A DNA stretch of 64,000 nt from Octopus vulgaris (Eukaryota), in assembly GCA_951406725.2 (NCBI GenBank), contig OX597834.1, positions 2,170,001 to 2,234,000 on the forward strand, in the 5' to 3' direction. The notes under the pieces were generated by a model. The model was not told the DNA's origin and searched no databases. It was given only the letters and a program-made list of their open reading frames with translations. The position numbers and the translations under genes were made by a program. This document shows positions 26,163 through 40,027 of the stretch, piece by piece (the first letter of the stretch is position 1; every line of letters starts with the position of its first letter).

Positions 26163-27356
26163 CACTGAGCAAAGCCCTTTGTTTTTAACACCCTCTGTAT
26201 ACACCACCTTGTATGACCCCTTCCCCCTCTCTGTTACATCATCTTTCTCTCCTCTTTCTCTTTCAATCTAAGGAGACCATGTCTCTCTTCTAATGCAAGA
26301 CACCTTTTTTGTCCCTCAGTACTCCCCCGACCCAGCTGAGGGATCTTGTGCTGCAGAAAAAGCACCCAATTCACTCTGTAAAGTGGTTGGTGTCAGGAAG
26401 GGCATCCATCCTTAGGTACCATTCCAAAAGAGGCAGCACAGCTTGGTATAGTCTTCTGACTTGCCAGTAATTGTCAAACCGTCCAACCCATGCCAGCATG
26501 GAAAACGGAGGTTGAATAGTGATGACGATAATGATGAAGTGTTTTTGAGAAGTTTTTTCTGAGACATAGCATAACATCTGTGCCATTCCCTGTTTATATA
26601 TCCATTTTAAATGTTACACATCCACTGGTATTTTGATTCAAAGCTTATTCAAATGTTGCGCTGGGTGGGGCGAATGAACTGTACGAAGAACATTAGAATC
26701 CTTAAAGCTGTACTCTATAACGAGGAGGTGAAGTGTAGAAGCTGTGAAAGAGGGGGAAAGTCGTTATGAGATTGTCATTAAATCTCATCTCAATGAAGTG
26801 GATGAGTCGATTGTGTCTGTATGGGAGGAGATAACAGCAATAGCAGGAAAGACTTAAATGTTGCAAAGTGAAATTGAATAAACATACATGGATATCTAGA
26901 TGCAATCTGGGAAAGCTGGGGTCTTCAGAAAAAGAAATCAACCAACTAACTCGCCCCTTACAAATGCGACCTGTAAGAGGAACAGTAAAAATCTGCAAGA
27001 CTTTTCTCAAGTTGAACATGTGTGACATTGTTTTTGTTATCTACATTTGAAAAGTGGTTCTTTGTTAGAAACCAGCTGCTTCTTCAGAGGAAGAATTTAA
27101 GAGAACTCGTATATACGTGTGAGTGTTTACACCAGTTTAATTAAAGGGAAAAACAGGTTTAGATTGTATCATTTCTATGTATATATATTTCCTGTAACTT
27201 AGCAGTTTGACGTGGAGAAATTAATAAAGAATGGCCCATGGGGTAAATATGTGTGGAGGTGAGTATGAGGGACAAAAGTCCTGGAGGGCAGTGCTCCAGC
27301 ATTGCCACAGTCCAGTGAGAGAAATCAGTAGAAGAAAAACCAACATTCTAAATATG

Positions 27357-27387
<31 letters not shown>

Positions 27388-27574
27388 GCACACACAGATG
27401 TACTCATACACATATATAAAAACAAATGCACATGCATTTACGTACACACACACAACCACACACACACACACACACATTAAATAGAAATGAACTTATATAA
27501 TTTCCTTGTATTCAGGCACTTCTCTCTGTCCTAATTCTTTTGGTGGTGGCAGTGCTAAGACTACTACCACTATT

Positions 27575-27626
<52 letters not shown>

Positions 27627-28139
27627 GCACACACACACACATATGCACACACACACACATATGCACACACGCTCACACACACACACACACACACACATAT
27701 GCACACACACTCTCTATCCTATTAAATTCAGTTCTCTTGTGAAAGGTCAGATCCTGTATAATATAGCTGAGAAATTTCTGTACACACTATTGTACATGTG
27801 GTGTGTGTGTATATAAGACTCTGTGTGTGTATATACACACACACAGTTCATATATAAACTCTAAATCACTTTTAACTTCATGATACACCACCACCACCAC
27901 CACCACCACTGCTGCTGCTGCTGCTGCTGCCAACACCATTACATATGTCTGTCTGTCTGTGTGTGATGGCTGGTATAAATTACAGTTGTTGGCTAATTCC
28001 TCTTGTCATAGTTCACATTGTATAGAGAGAAAGGCAGATACAGATGGAGAGATGATGTACAAAGTGCAGGATGAGTGCACACATTAGGCTTGGTGGCAGG
28101 CAATGAGTAATTGAATGCTCTCTCTCTCTCTTTCTTTCA

Positions 28140-28173
<34 letters not shown>

Positions 28174-28234
28174 TGCAAAAGAATCATAGCCACAGAGGAG
28201 AGGGAGTAATATATACATATATACATACATACAT

Positions 28235-28273
<39 letters not shown>

Positions 28274-28564
28274 AGTGTATAACATATCTTGTGTGTATAT
28301 AAACAATTATATATTATACGCAATATTTTCTCTGTTGCGTTTGTGTATAATGTATATGCATATGTATATACATATATGTTTATCTCTCTCTCTTTCTCTC
28401 AATGTATATATATGACACCTGTGTGTGTGTGTATATATATACATGCACACACAGGTGTCTTTTCTTTATTTTTCCAGGTTAAGTCAGTTGACCACAATGC
28501 CACCCCTCACCCTTCCCCCAATCAAAACAAGCCACTCCATCCCTCTCTCTCTCTCTCCATCCCC

Positions 28565-28602
<38 letters not shown>

Positions 28603-29399
28603 TTCTCTCCCTCTTACCATCTCCCCCCTCTGAATCGGCTGAAATCTTAATTAGAAAGTTCTATTTTAGTCTCTTTAATTAACCACTTCGTTAGCGTGAT
28701 TAGTTAATTGTTAAAAGGCTGGAAGTCATTCAGGTTTTATTTTTCTTATTGTTTTTGTTATTCATTCTCATACAAACATATCACATACGGACACACACAC
28801 ATTAACATACCTTGACAAGAGATATACACAATTGGCATATATACATATATACACAACATACATTGACATACATGCATACACCCACATACATAGATATACA
28901 CATTTGACATACATACACACATACATATGTTAGCACATATACACATACACATGTCATACATTTGATATACACAGATGGTGGAAGTCGACTTGTGACCGAG
29001 TAAGACCACTTTTGAAATCCATTCCACTCCCAAGAAATACTTTGTTTGGTTTCCCCATCATTGACAGAATCTCACGTGGTCCCTAAGGCCTGCACCAGAC
29101 CTATGGGTCATTCCACATTGACCACAAGTCGGTCTCCATGCAGCAGCAGCAGCAACAGCCTGACCATCTGTATGTTGTGACCTACACTACTGAATGAATC
29201 CACTGGCCAACCCCCACACACTGCTGCACAAGAGAGCATGCTGGATATCACATTGGTTGAAAGGGGACACTTCTGAAACCAAGTTTGCAACTGAATAGGC
29301 CCTAGCTTTCCTCTGAGAAGCAGGCATGACCACCCAGGTCACACAAAAGAGACTCTTTCGTGCCCTCATCACAGGAATTGGGTTGACATCTTCCATTTA

Positions 29400-29900
29400 T
29401 TTACCAGCACATTTCAACTCAGGGTATGCAACCCTCTTGTTCTTCAACACCAATAGCAATCAGATTCCTCCACAGCTCTCCATCTGATGCAAGAGATTCC
29501 CAGACATTAATACCAATATTGATCTTTTGTGGCTGGAACTGGAGGTGTTTTCCTTGCTCCAGCTCGTCACACCCTACCTGTTTAGGCATGCAGGTGTCCC
29601 CTAAACAGAGAACATGACCAGACCGTCCAATGTGGTATTTCATAATCATAGACTCAATATTCCTCATTTTCTGCAGCTGTTTAGTACTCTGGCAGCAGAC
29701 ACATTCGGTTGCCATCAGGTCTTCAGGATATTACGCAAGCAGCAAGCATCGCTGGTGGATTCGCTAAAGACATTGGATATTCTTGCAGGAGGTTCTTCAG
29801 ATCTCGCATTCAAACAACATTACTGTTGAGGCACAGGCTTCGTAAACCTCAGCTTTCATTGCTGTTTCGATGTCTGATTACAACCAAAGCTTTCCTAATG
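29400..29900 (-). mobile_element. RTE-clade LINE remnant
   Basis: MRNIESMIMKYH..RSGHVLCLGDTCMPKQV..ELEQGK...WESLASDGELWR. Confidence 0.6.
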
Positions 29901-29913
29901 CATCACAAGCCTT

Positions 29914-30299
29914 GGAAGCACTCCGTCGGTTACGACGACAAGGGTTCCGGGTGATCCGAATCAACGGAACAACCTGCTCGTGAAATTAATGTGTAAGTGG
30001 CTGAGCACTCCACAGACACGTGTACCCTTAACGTAGTTCTCGGGGATATTCAGCGTGACACAGAGAGTGACAAGGCCGGCCCTTTGAAATACAGGTACAA
30101 CAGAAACAGGAAGTAAGAGTGAGAGAAAGTTGTGGTGAAAGAGTACAGCAGGGATCACCACCATCCCCTGCCGGAGCCTCGTGGAGCTTTCAGGTGTTTT
30201 CGCTCAATAAACACTCACAACGCCCGGTCTGGGAATCGAAACCGCGATCCTATGACCGCGAGTCCGCTGCCCTAACCATTGGGCCATTGCGCCTCCACT
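29914..30299 (-). mobile_element. Young full-length tRNA-derived SINE with 12-bp TSD
   Basis: ATCACAAGCCTT at 29902-29913 and 30300-30311; A box TGGCCCAATGG and B box GGTTTCGATTCC; CpG-rich. Confidence 0.9.
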
Positions 30300-30685
30300 A
30301 TCACAAGCCTTAACAAGTCTCTAACTGAACTACTCAGCAAATGGATTAAATCACACACACACACACACACACACACAAGCACTATTGAATATGTTTAACA
30401 AATTTCATTCTGTAACTAAATACCAGGTATTCACAGGTGACATACTTATTGTTCTCTACCTGTCTTTCTGTGTGCATGTGTGTGTGTGTAAATGTAGTTA
30501 GACTTTTGACACTGTTATCTCCCTTTGTCTGTCAGTCTTACTGTAGAGGCTTACTGTGCTTGACATCTACCTCTCTCTCTCTCTCTCTCTCTCAATATGC
30601 CTCTCTCCTACTCACTCTTCACCTTCCATACGTCTGTTTGTCTGTCTCTGTCTCTCTGTATGTATATATATGTATATATATATAT

Positions 30686-30765
30686 ATCATCATCATCATC
30701 GTTTAATGTCCGTTTTCCAACCCATGCTAGCATGGAAAATGGACGTTAAATGATGATGATGATAT
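30686..30765. repeat. Palindrome of two family C 3' tails joined back to back
   Basis: (cat)n cgtttaatgtccgttttcca ... catgctagcatg gaaaatggacgttaaa (tga)n. Confidence 0.8.
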
Positions 30766-30789
30766 ATATATATGTATATATATATATAT

Positions 30790-31178
30790 TCTTCATTTAC
30801 TAATTTCAGTCATTTGATTGTGGCCATGCTGGACTGGTGCCACTGCCTTGAAAAGTAGTGGAACAAATCAACCCCAGGACTTATTATTTTAAAGCCTAGC
30901 ACTTATTCTATCACTCCCTTTTGCTGAACCACTCAGTTATGGGGACATAAACACACCAACACCAGTTCTCAAGTGGTGAGGGGGGTGGAGACAAACACAG
31001 ACACAAAGACACACACACATAGATACATACATACATGAATGACAGGTTTCTTTTCAGTTTCCATTTACCAAATCCACTCACAAGATTTTGGTCAGCTCAA
31101 GGCTCTAGTAGAAGGCACTTGCCCAAGAACTATGTGGTTGGGAAACAATCTTCTTACGACATGGCCACACCTGCGCCT
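30790..31178 (-). mobile_element. SINE family A copy
   Basis: Reverse complement of family A. Confidence 0.8.
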
Positions 31179-32034
31179 ATGTATATATATATGTATATAT
31201 ATATATATGTATGTATTTAAATATACACCTCCCTCCTTTCCTCTGTCTGTCTTTCTTTCTTTCCCCCCCCCCCCCCCGATTTATTCTATTTCCCAGATTA
31301 CAACAACATAACACTATTTCTAATGACATTCATCTCTGACAAAACTGACAGTAATTATTATAATTAAATAATCACTAATTAAAATTTCAAACTAATACTC
31401 GTTAGACAAGTGACACAATCTCCCATCGTCTGTTGAATCCAAGACGATTACATCATAGAAAAGCCATTTCTCCCGTTTAAACAAAAAAAACCCAAAAAAA
31501 CCGTTGACTTTTGTTTGTTTCTTAATATTTCTCTACAGGAAAACACTGACTTTATTCTACTCACTTCCTGTCTGCTATCCCAGCATGCTTCATTTCTGAC
31601 CCAGCATAAATTTTTTATTTTTTTTATTCATCATCTATTTTGATGAAGGGTGGCTGTCAGAAACATCAGTTTGTCTTCCTTTCTAATTTACATTTTTTTT
31701 TTTAACTTATATATATATATATATATAAATATATATATATAATGTGTGTGTGTGTGTGTGTGTGTACATAGTATATATATTGTATACATATATATGTATA
31801 CATATATGTATATATACATACACACACTATCTATCTGTATATACACACTATATATATATATATATATATATATACAGATAGATAGTGTGTGTATATATAT
31901 ATATATATTTATATGTATAGATAGATAGATAGATAGATAGTATATATATATTTATATATATATAGATAGATAAATAGTGTGTGTGTGTTATATATATATA
32001 TATATACACACACACATTGTGGGGTTGTAAGTAC

Positions 32035-32320
32035 AATTCCTGGACCGGACTGCGTGTTGTGTTCTTGAGCAAGACACTTGTTTCGCGTTGCTCCAGTTCA
32101 CTCAGCTGTAGAAATGAGTTGTGGCGTCATTGGTGCCATGCTGTATCGGCCCCTTTGCCTTTCCCTTGGATAACATCGGTGGCATGGGGAGAGGCAGGGC
32201 TGGTATGCATGGGTGACTGCTGACCTTCCATAAACAACCTTGCCCAGACTTGTGCCTCAGAGGGTAACTCTCTAGGTGCAAACCCATGGTCAGTGTCTGA
32301 CCAAAGGGGGTCACCACCAT
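32035..32320 (+). mobile_element. SINE with the same body as 42170-42480 but a different tail
   Basis: gtgttcttgagcaagacactt...gttgctccagttcactcagctg followed by an unrelated 3' half. Confidence 0.7.
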
Positions 32321-32601
32321 TAGAGATATAGGGTAAAGAATTATTAATTTAATAATTAATAAATTTTACCAAGTAGTTCCAGTATGGAAAAAACCATTAT
32401 CGGTAAAAACTTATACAAAAAATTTTTTTTATATAAATATAAATATAATTAAGGGTTTAGCAACAAGTTGCTTCACCACATACCGAAAATTTAGAAATAG
32501 CAGCTAAAGACAGCTACAAATATGACTCCACAGACAACAATATTTGTAACTCACATAGGCAAAAAGAAGAGAAAATAACGAAATCAAACAGTCTACGATT
32601 A

Positions 32602-32659
32602 ATTATGGACGTGTTTCTGGATTAGAATTATACAAATTCATTTCCTTCATCAGCATAAT
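32602..32659 (-). ncRNA. Type I hammerhead ribozyme motif (Penelope/retrozyme-type)
   Basis: Minus strand: ATTATG-CTGATGA-aggaaatgaatttgtataattctaatcca-GAAAC-AC-GTC-CATAAT; 6-bp stem I, intact core, GUC triplet. Confidence 0.7.
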
Positions 32660-32677
32660 ATTTCGAGAATTCTCGAA

Positions 32678-32710
<33 letters not shown>

Positions 32711-33267
32711 TACACACACAGTTTCATCAACCAAATTTATTCACAAAGGCTTGGTCAGTCCAGGGCTATAGTAAAAAAAAAACACTTGCCCAAGCTGCTG
32801 CACAGTGGGACTGAACCTGACTCCATATGGTTAGAAGCCAAGCTTCTAAACCTCACAGCCAAGCCTGCGTGCATCTACGTATATATGCATATGTGTTTGT
32901 GTGTGTGTGTGTGTGTGTTTCTAGTTGTTGTTTACCCTCAAGTTAATTTAGGTTAAACAGACATTCCACCCATGGCCTTTCCACCGACTAAACTGACTGT
33001 ATTATCCAGTATGGCCTTCCTTTTTGTTTTCTAACTAGTTGAGTCACTATAGTGTGATGTGTGGGGGACCCAGCTGCTACTTCTAGCAGGTCAATGGTTG
33101 AGTACCCTGTAGATTCCCCCTCATTAACTCCATTTAATTATCCCCCATGCTGTGATGACTACAAACCTGTACCCCAACACTACCCACACTTTGTACTCAA
33201 TGACACAGATATTAATGGCCTCTCCTCCTCCACAACTCTTTCATGTGCTCTGTTATAGTGGTGTGTG

Positions 33268-33313
<46 letters not shown>

Positions 33314-33481
33314 CTATATAGGCATGTTTAGGTCGTAACTTGGTGGTTCAGCAAAAAAGACTGATAGAATAAGTACTAGGCTTACAAAGAATAAGTCCTG
33401 GGGTCAAATTGTTCGACTATAGGCGGTGCCCCAGCATGGCCACAGACTGAAACAAGTAAAATAACACACACACACACACAC

Positions 33482-33533
<52 letters not shown>

Positions 33534-34645
33534 TATATATCCTGCATCATGGGAACTAGAGCTTTATGGAAAATTACAGGTTTCATACAAGTGGTGGTGA
33601 TCATGGATGGGTGGTGTAGTATGTATACATGCATGTGTGATGTGTAGCTATGGACACACACACACACACACACATATATATCATATATATGTGGTAACTA
33701 GCCATACGCATACATGTATATGCCATGACAGAAGAGTGGATATTAAAATGATGATGATGATGATGATGGTGATATATGTACGCACACACACACACACACA
33801 TATTCTTCAGAAGATTGACAAATACAAAATTTGGATTCCTGATTTATAAAATGTTCACTTCCAGTAATCTCCACACGATCGTTTCTGTACAAAGCAGACT
33901 CTCAGATGTTGCTGGCTACCATGGATTTCTTTGTTTTTTAAGTTTTGAATGATGTCACCCCACTGGTAAGGCAGGACAGGCTGACAAGCATGACCACCAC
34001 CACAGAACACGCTGTCCCATTGCAGAGCTACCCATTTATATGAATTGTGTGTGTGTATGTGTGTGTGTGTGTATGTGCGTGTAATGTTGAGGTTTTTAGC
34101 ATATATTAGGCAAATATATTAAAATCACAAAAGGCATTACTGAGATAGAACTCAATACATGTATTAGGGTAAAGATTTGTTGTGTCACAAAATGATGACA
34201 ATGACTTTTTGAAGTTTTGACATTGAAACCATTTCACCTTCAAGTAAAATTTTTTATTCATTGACAGTGTGTGTGTGTGTGTGTGCGATTTAAAGGGCAC
34301 TGTGATTACAGGTGTGTATATATGTTTTACATGTGTAGAATGTGTGGAAGACATATGTCTGTGTGTATATATATTCACATGACTGCATAGTGTCCTGGGT
34401 GTGTTTGTTTTGTGGCAAAATTGATTTCTACTTAAGCAATCATTTTTGTTTACATCATCAATATAGATGTGTTTACAAGATTGATATGTATACCAGACTC
34501 CTGGTGACCCTTTGGGTCACTGGAAAACTCAGTTTCCCAGCAACAGAGTTTTGTTTCGTGGGTCTTTTCCAGGTTATTTTGCATGCTTTCAATGAATGTG
34601 ACATCAAAATAACGCGTAAACTGTTTCTTTCCCCCAGAAAAAGTA

Positions 34646-34760
34646 AGATTTGGCTGCTATTTCTTGCATGCCCTGCTACTATGTAACAGGTATATCAGAT
34701 CCTTTATTGCAAAGAGCTGTTACGTAGTAGCAGGGCATGCTAGAAATAGCCGCCAAATCT
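34646..34760. repeat. Hairpin, 44-bp arms (3 mismatches), 27-nt loop
   Basis: agatttggctgctatttcttgcatgccctgctactatgtaacag / ctgttacgtagtagcagggcatgctagaaatagccgccaaatct. Confidence 0.9.
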
Positions 34761-35380
34761 TTGGAGGTGAGATAGCATTGAATGCACTCGAAAAAACCTA
34801 AGGAAGAAAACTATTTCACACCGAGGTTACAGAGTTCATGATGTATATATATGTGTTTATGTATGTATATATGTGAGTATCTCTGCAAGTATGCATGTAC
34901 GTATGCAGATGTGTACATGTGTATTCTTGTATGTATGTATGTATGTATGTATGTGAGCATTTACATAAGTGTGTAGACGTGTCTGTATGTGTGTATATGA
35001 GGTATGTATATGTAAACGTATGTTTATGTACTGAGATGTGTGTCTGTTCAAGTTGTATATATTACTGTTACTCTGTCGAATGTTGTATTTTTTTGTTGTC
35101 AAATCAGTCTGATCAAAAGGTTAGAGTTTTTCCCCTTTCAGGATGAAGTTAAATTTGGAACATTTTCACATCATGCACCGTTTTGGGTATTTATACCCTA
35201 AACCCTGAATACCTCAATAACTACTACTCCAATTTACGTGAGACTTGTTTCATTCCGTTCCTATTAACATTTCAGGGTGGACTTAATTCATAGTATTTTC
35301 CCGTTATGCACCAGTTTTCCTGGGTAACATTGCAAGCAAGCAAGCAAGCAAGCAAGCAAGATTGAAACTGACTTTTAATG

Positions 35381-35414
<34 letters not shown>

Positions 35415-36029
35415 GGAAGCTTTATGAAAATAAACAAAAGACGAAGGCAGGTGGAGTACAAACAAACAATTGTATTAGTATGGCGCTCAGGAATATAAAT
35501 AAAACAAGTCATTTACGTTTCGAGCCTATGCTCTTCAACAGAAAGATACACAGAAAAGAAACACGGAGAGAAAAAAAAATGCGTGCAGAAGCTAGCGATT
35601 CAACATGGCGATAAATATATATATATATATATATATACACATACTTACACATACTAAGGAATAACATGATTAATGCTACCCTCTATCATTTAGTGATATG
35701 TGTGTATGCATATGTATGTGTGTGGAGGTGTCAGTATATGCATGTATATGTGTGTGTTAGTGTGTGCTACAAATGTCAAACTCAGAGCAATATTTAACAG
35801 CTAAATCACATGGCATTTTCTGTAACTATTTTCTGGTTAAAAATTTATGACTTATCTTTGTGTATACAGCATGTAACCAATACTGAATCAGCACAGCAAA
35901 ATATTCGGTCAAACTGATATTAAAGAAAAAAATCACTTTTGAAGATGACAACACAAAGAGCACGTTTTTAGAAAATTGGTCCCTATGTTTAATTAAATAG
36001 ACTAAAAAATGGCCACTCAACTAAAACTT

Positions 36030-36688
36030 CCCTCACCCACAGCATAGACATAGAAATGATTGCCCAGCAGGACCAGATGACTCCTTCTCATGTCACAGTG
36101 GGAGTCTCCAAAGAATCTTTGACACCGTAAAACCATTGATCAGTTCACCTTCCAGTATTGCCCAATGCTGCAGTCGTGTATGGAGCCCAAAATCAGGAGA
36201 AACAGGAGACCACATGATGTTGGGGTGGGTGTCATGTGATTACATGGTTTCCCTACCATCTCTTACCAAGTGTGAACTATCATAAAAGACCCGTTTGTGA
36301 TGTCTTCATGCATCACATGGCTGGTTGAGGACTCAGCCATTCACTGGAACTGTCTTTAAAAATGTCCCAACAACTGAGAATGTCAACCTTTCTTGGTATG
36401 GTGGACACAGTCCTGCTTGAGGTCTCCATATTTTTCCTAGCCTTGAATGCAAATGACATGACCACATTCAAGAAAATGGTAATCCCTTTGCATGGCACCA
36501 AGGCTCATGAACCCGATGCTGTCTTCTCAGTTGCTATCAGACTGGAACCGGCCATGTTCACTCTGCTGGTAAATGTGAAAGAGAAACGAGAAAGCTAGAA
36601 TTTGGGGCATGTCACATATCCTTGTTTGGTTAGCTTCCATTTATGGCTCCCACTAAAAATTGTTCATAAATTCCTGGTGCATCCTGTA
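36030..36688 (-). mobile_element. Highly decayed Tc1/mariner remnant
   Basis: Terminus ...gcatcctg|ta resembles the TIR above; minus-strand remnant reads MWSPVSPDFG...HWAILE (cf. WPPxSPDLNPLDYxxWxxLE). Confidence 0.45.
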
Positions 36689-37174
36689 CTGTATATGTTA
36701 TACATACACACACACACACACATTTACATATATGTATACATGTGTATGTATATATGTGTGTGTATGTGTGTATATATGTATACATAAATATACATACAAG
36801 TATACATATGTATATGTTGTTGTATATATATATATACACACGCACACACCTACATATATATATATAGGTGAGTTGGCAGAAACATTAGCATGCTGGGCAA
36901 AATGCTTAGCAGTATTTTGTCTGTCTTTATGTTCTGAGTTTAAATTCAGCCAAGGTCAACTTTGCCTTTCATCCTTTCAAGGTCGATAAATTAAGTACTA
37001 GTTGCATGCTGGGATTGATCTAATCAACTGGCTCCCCTCCCCCAAAATTTCTGGCCTTGTGCCTAGAGTAGAAAATAATTATATATATATATATATGATG
37101 ATGATTGAAAGTCTATGTGAATTACTTTTATACAGTTTTTTTCTAGTGCGTGTGCGCTTTCATTTAACCTTTTC

Positions 37175-37216
<42 letters not shown>

Positions 37217-38834
37217 TATAAATATATCATCATCATCATCATCATCATTTAACGTCTGTTCTCCATGCTAGCATGGGTTGGACGATTTGACCGGGGATCT
37301 GGGAAGCCAGAAGGCTGCACCAGGCTCCAGTCTGATCTGGCAATGTTTCTACAGCTGGATGCCCTTCCTAACACCAACCACTCCAAGAGTGTAGTGGATG
37401 CTTTTTATGTGCCACCTGCACAGGTGCCAGGCGAGGCTGGCAATGCACACACAGACATACACACACACACACACGCACACAAGCATGTACACACACACAC
37501 ACACAGAGCATAGGCTTCAGCACAATTTCTGTTTATTATTGATCATCACTGTGAAGGTTTTAGTTGTCCCAAGCATAGTTTCCCAAGGCTCCATGCGCTG
37601 GGATTGAACCTGGAACCATGTAGTAACGAAAGGAACCTATTCATCCACACTCATACTACTACTACTACTACTGAAATCCTTCTTAATTCTCCCCCCCCTC
37701 TTCTCTATTCTTGAAGCCCTGCCAGGTAGTCTACATTTGGTCTGATAGAAATAGCAGCTAAACTCTCTTTCAAATCACATCCCTCTGCCTTTAAAAGAAA
37801 TGTGAGACTTATAGGAATGGTTTAGTCTTAGTTCTACTGTTTACATAAAAGAGAGGGGATGGTCATGGCTGGAACGCCATTGATCATATGTCTGCCAGAT
37901 GGTTGCTGACCTGGGGCTAAATAATGGTTAACTGTTTGATTAAACTGCTAACAATGAAAGGTGTGATGGAAGACAAAGGTCATGTTTACTGGAACACCCC
38001 ACACCTTCCACCCGTCCCCGTGGTGGCGGCGGCAGGGGTGGGGGAAGCGTTGCTGGGGTGGAAGTAGTTGGGTGGTGGTGGAAATGTTATATTTGTTGAC
38101 TAGATTATTGTATTACACCTGGGTGGGGGCTGGCGGGTTGGGGTGTGGTGTGGTGTGGCGAAGGGATGGGGGGGTAACTACACCACCACCACCACCACCA
38201 CCAATATTGTTGGAAGAATTTAATTTATTCAGCTGTCATTTACACACACACACACACACACACACCAAGAAACACACACACTCACACTCACACATATATA
38301 CACACACACACACACACTCACATATGCATATATGCAAGCATGCACACACATAATGACCTTTTATGATTCTTCTGTTGACTCAGAGGGGGAGAGAGAGGAG
38401 AATGAGAGAAAGAGAGATTAAGTGTTACAGGGAGAGAGAGATGGGATATACAGATAGATAGAGAGGGAGAGAGAGGAGAGATTTGTTGTGAAAACCGACC
38501 TTTTGAAGAGTTCCACCCCCACCCCAACCCTCACCATATCAACAATGACAACCAAGTAAACAGTTGGAGGGACAAGCCCATAACCTTTCCTCCATTGTTT
38601 TTCTTCCCTCTTCAACTGTAATCAAATTAACCTGCTATCTTATCATTTAATTAGTCATTTAATTTTGGCAACTAATTAAGTAACAGAGGTCTCTATGACT
38701 GGCTGTTCTTGAGTGGACTGGTGTGAAGGAAGGGGTTTTTTGAGCCGGACTTTGTAGCAACCCCCCCCCCCCCATCCATCCCTCCCTAGGGTTTTGAGAC
38801 TGGTGGCTGGGTTGATGCAGAGGATAACCCTCTT

Positions 38835-39245
38835 GAACATTTGCAGGAAACACATGGTGAGGGGGAAGAATTTGAGAGGGATAATACGCGGGGGGGGGGG
38901 TGAACTGGGGGTAAGGGTTAGGGATGGGTAGAAGAAGCCTTGCCCTTGTCATTCACAGGAACCCTCAGGCTTCAGTTGTTCCAAGAATTGCAGGAAACAT
39001 GAGGCCAGGGGAAGAAATTTTGGAAAGGATTATACTCAGGGGAAGAAAAACTAGAAGTAAGGGTTAGTGCAGGGCCTCTCTCTCTCCCCTTTTTTATTGG
39101 GTTTGGAAAATAAGCCAAAGGTTGGGACCGTCAGGCTTCTGTTTGTTCTAAAATTGCAAGAAACATGGCCGGTTGGGGAGGATATATGAGAGGCTGATCC
39201 TCAAGGGAGTAAAAACTGGGAGTAGGGGTTAGTGCAGGGCCTTTT
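38835..39245 (+). repeat. Diverged tandem repeat, about 150-165-bp unit, 3 copies
   Basis: ttgca(g/a)gaaacat...gggga(a/g)ga...actg/agg..gta(a/g)gggttag recurs three times. Confidence 0.7.
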
Positions 39246-39817
39246 TCTATTTGGTTTGAAAGAGGGATCGGTGTCCATGTCCTTCACAGGCTTGTACACG
39301 CACACACACACACACACACACATCTCAAATCACATTAAAAATCTTTTAAAAAGGGGTCACTCAAGTTATTATCCTGTCATCATCCACTTCTGGCTCACTC
39401 CTCTTCTGGCTCACAGGCACATTGTCTCCTCTCTTCGTCGTTTCTCTCTGATGCTATAATGGCCCCTGCTCCTCAGATCTGGTTGTTCTTATGCCACCTC
39501 ACCCCCACCAAAACACACCAGAGTCACTTCCCTCCTCCTACCCCGCTCTCTACCTATACTGTAGCCACACCTCCCATCCTGATCCTGCTCTTACCAATCC
39601 TTTCTTCCTCTCTTGCAACATTCTGTGTTTCTATGCAAGAGCAATGTCCTCAGCTTATTATACAAGATAAATCTTTGATACTTATATGGAAACATGCTTC
39701 AAATCTGCATAACGGTTTGCAGTAATATAGAATAGGCTAACTGAATTCTCCAAACACAGAAATTTTATGAATGTAGTGAAAAATTTCAGGGTGGTCCCAA
39801 ACTTTTAGCCAGTAGTC

Positions 39818-39852
<35 letters not shown>

Positions 39853-39986
39853 TTATTATTATTTTGCAATTTACTTAATCATCGGTATATTATTGTTATT
39901 TTAATTTTAATATTTCTATTACATGTAATTTTCTAGACGGTGTAATTTAATTGTTCATTTTGAACTGATAAAAGGTGTTTTTTTTC

Positions 39987-40027
<41 letters not shown>

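Noticed and set aside
30225-30297. tRNA gene
   Set aside because: A/B boxes belong to a SINE head bounded by TSDs; no proper acceptor stem.
31635-31675. TTGATGA...GAAAC hammerhead-like string
   Set aside because: Core mutated and no convincing stems; the same applies to CTGAGGA near 40126.
34638-34642. 5-nt micro-exon (cccccag|AAAAA|gtaaga)
   Set aside because: Frame-shifting, overlaps a repeat-derived hairpin, no other support.
38910-39232. Interstitial telomeric TTAGGG
   Set aside because: Only isolated gggttag units within a larger diverged tandem repeat; no array.
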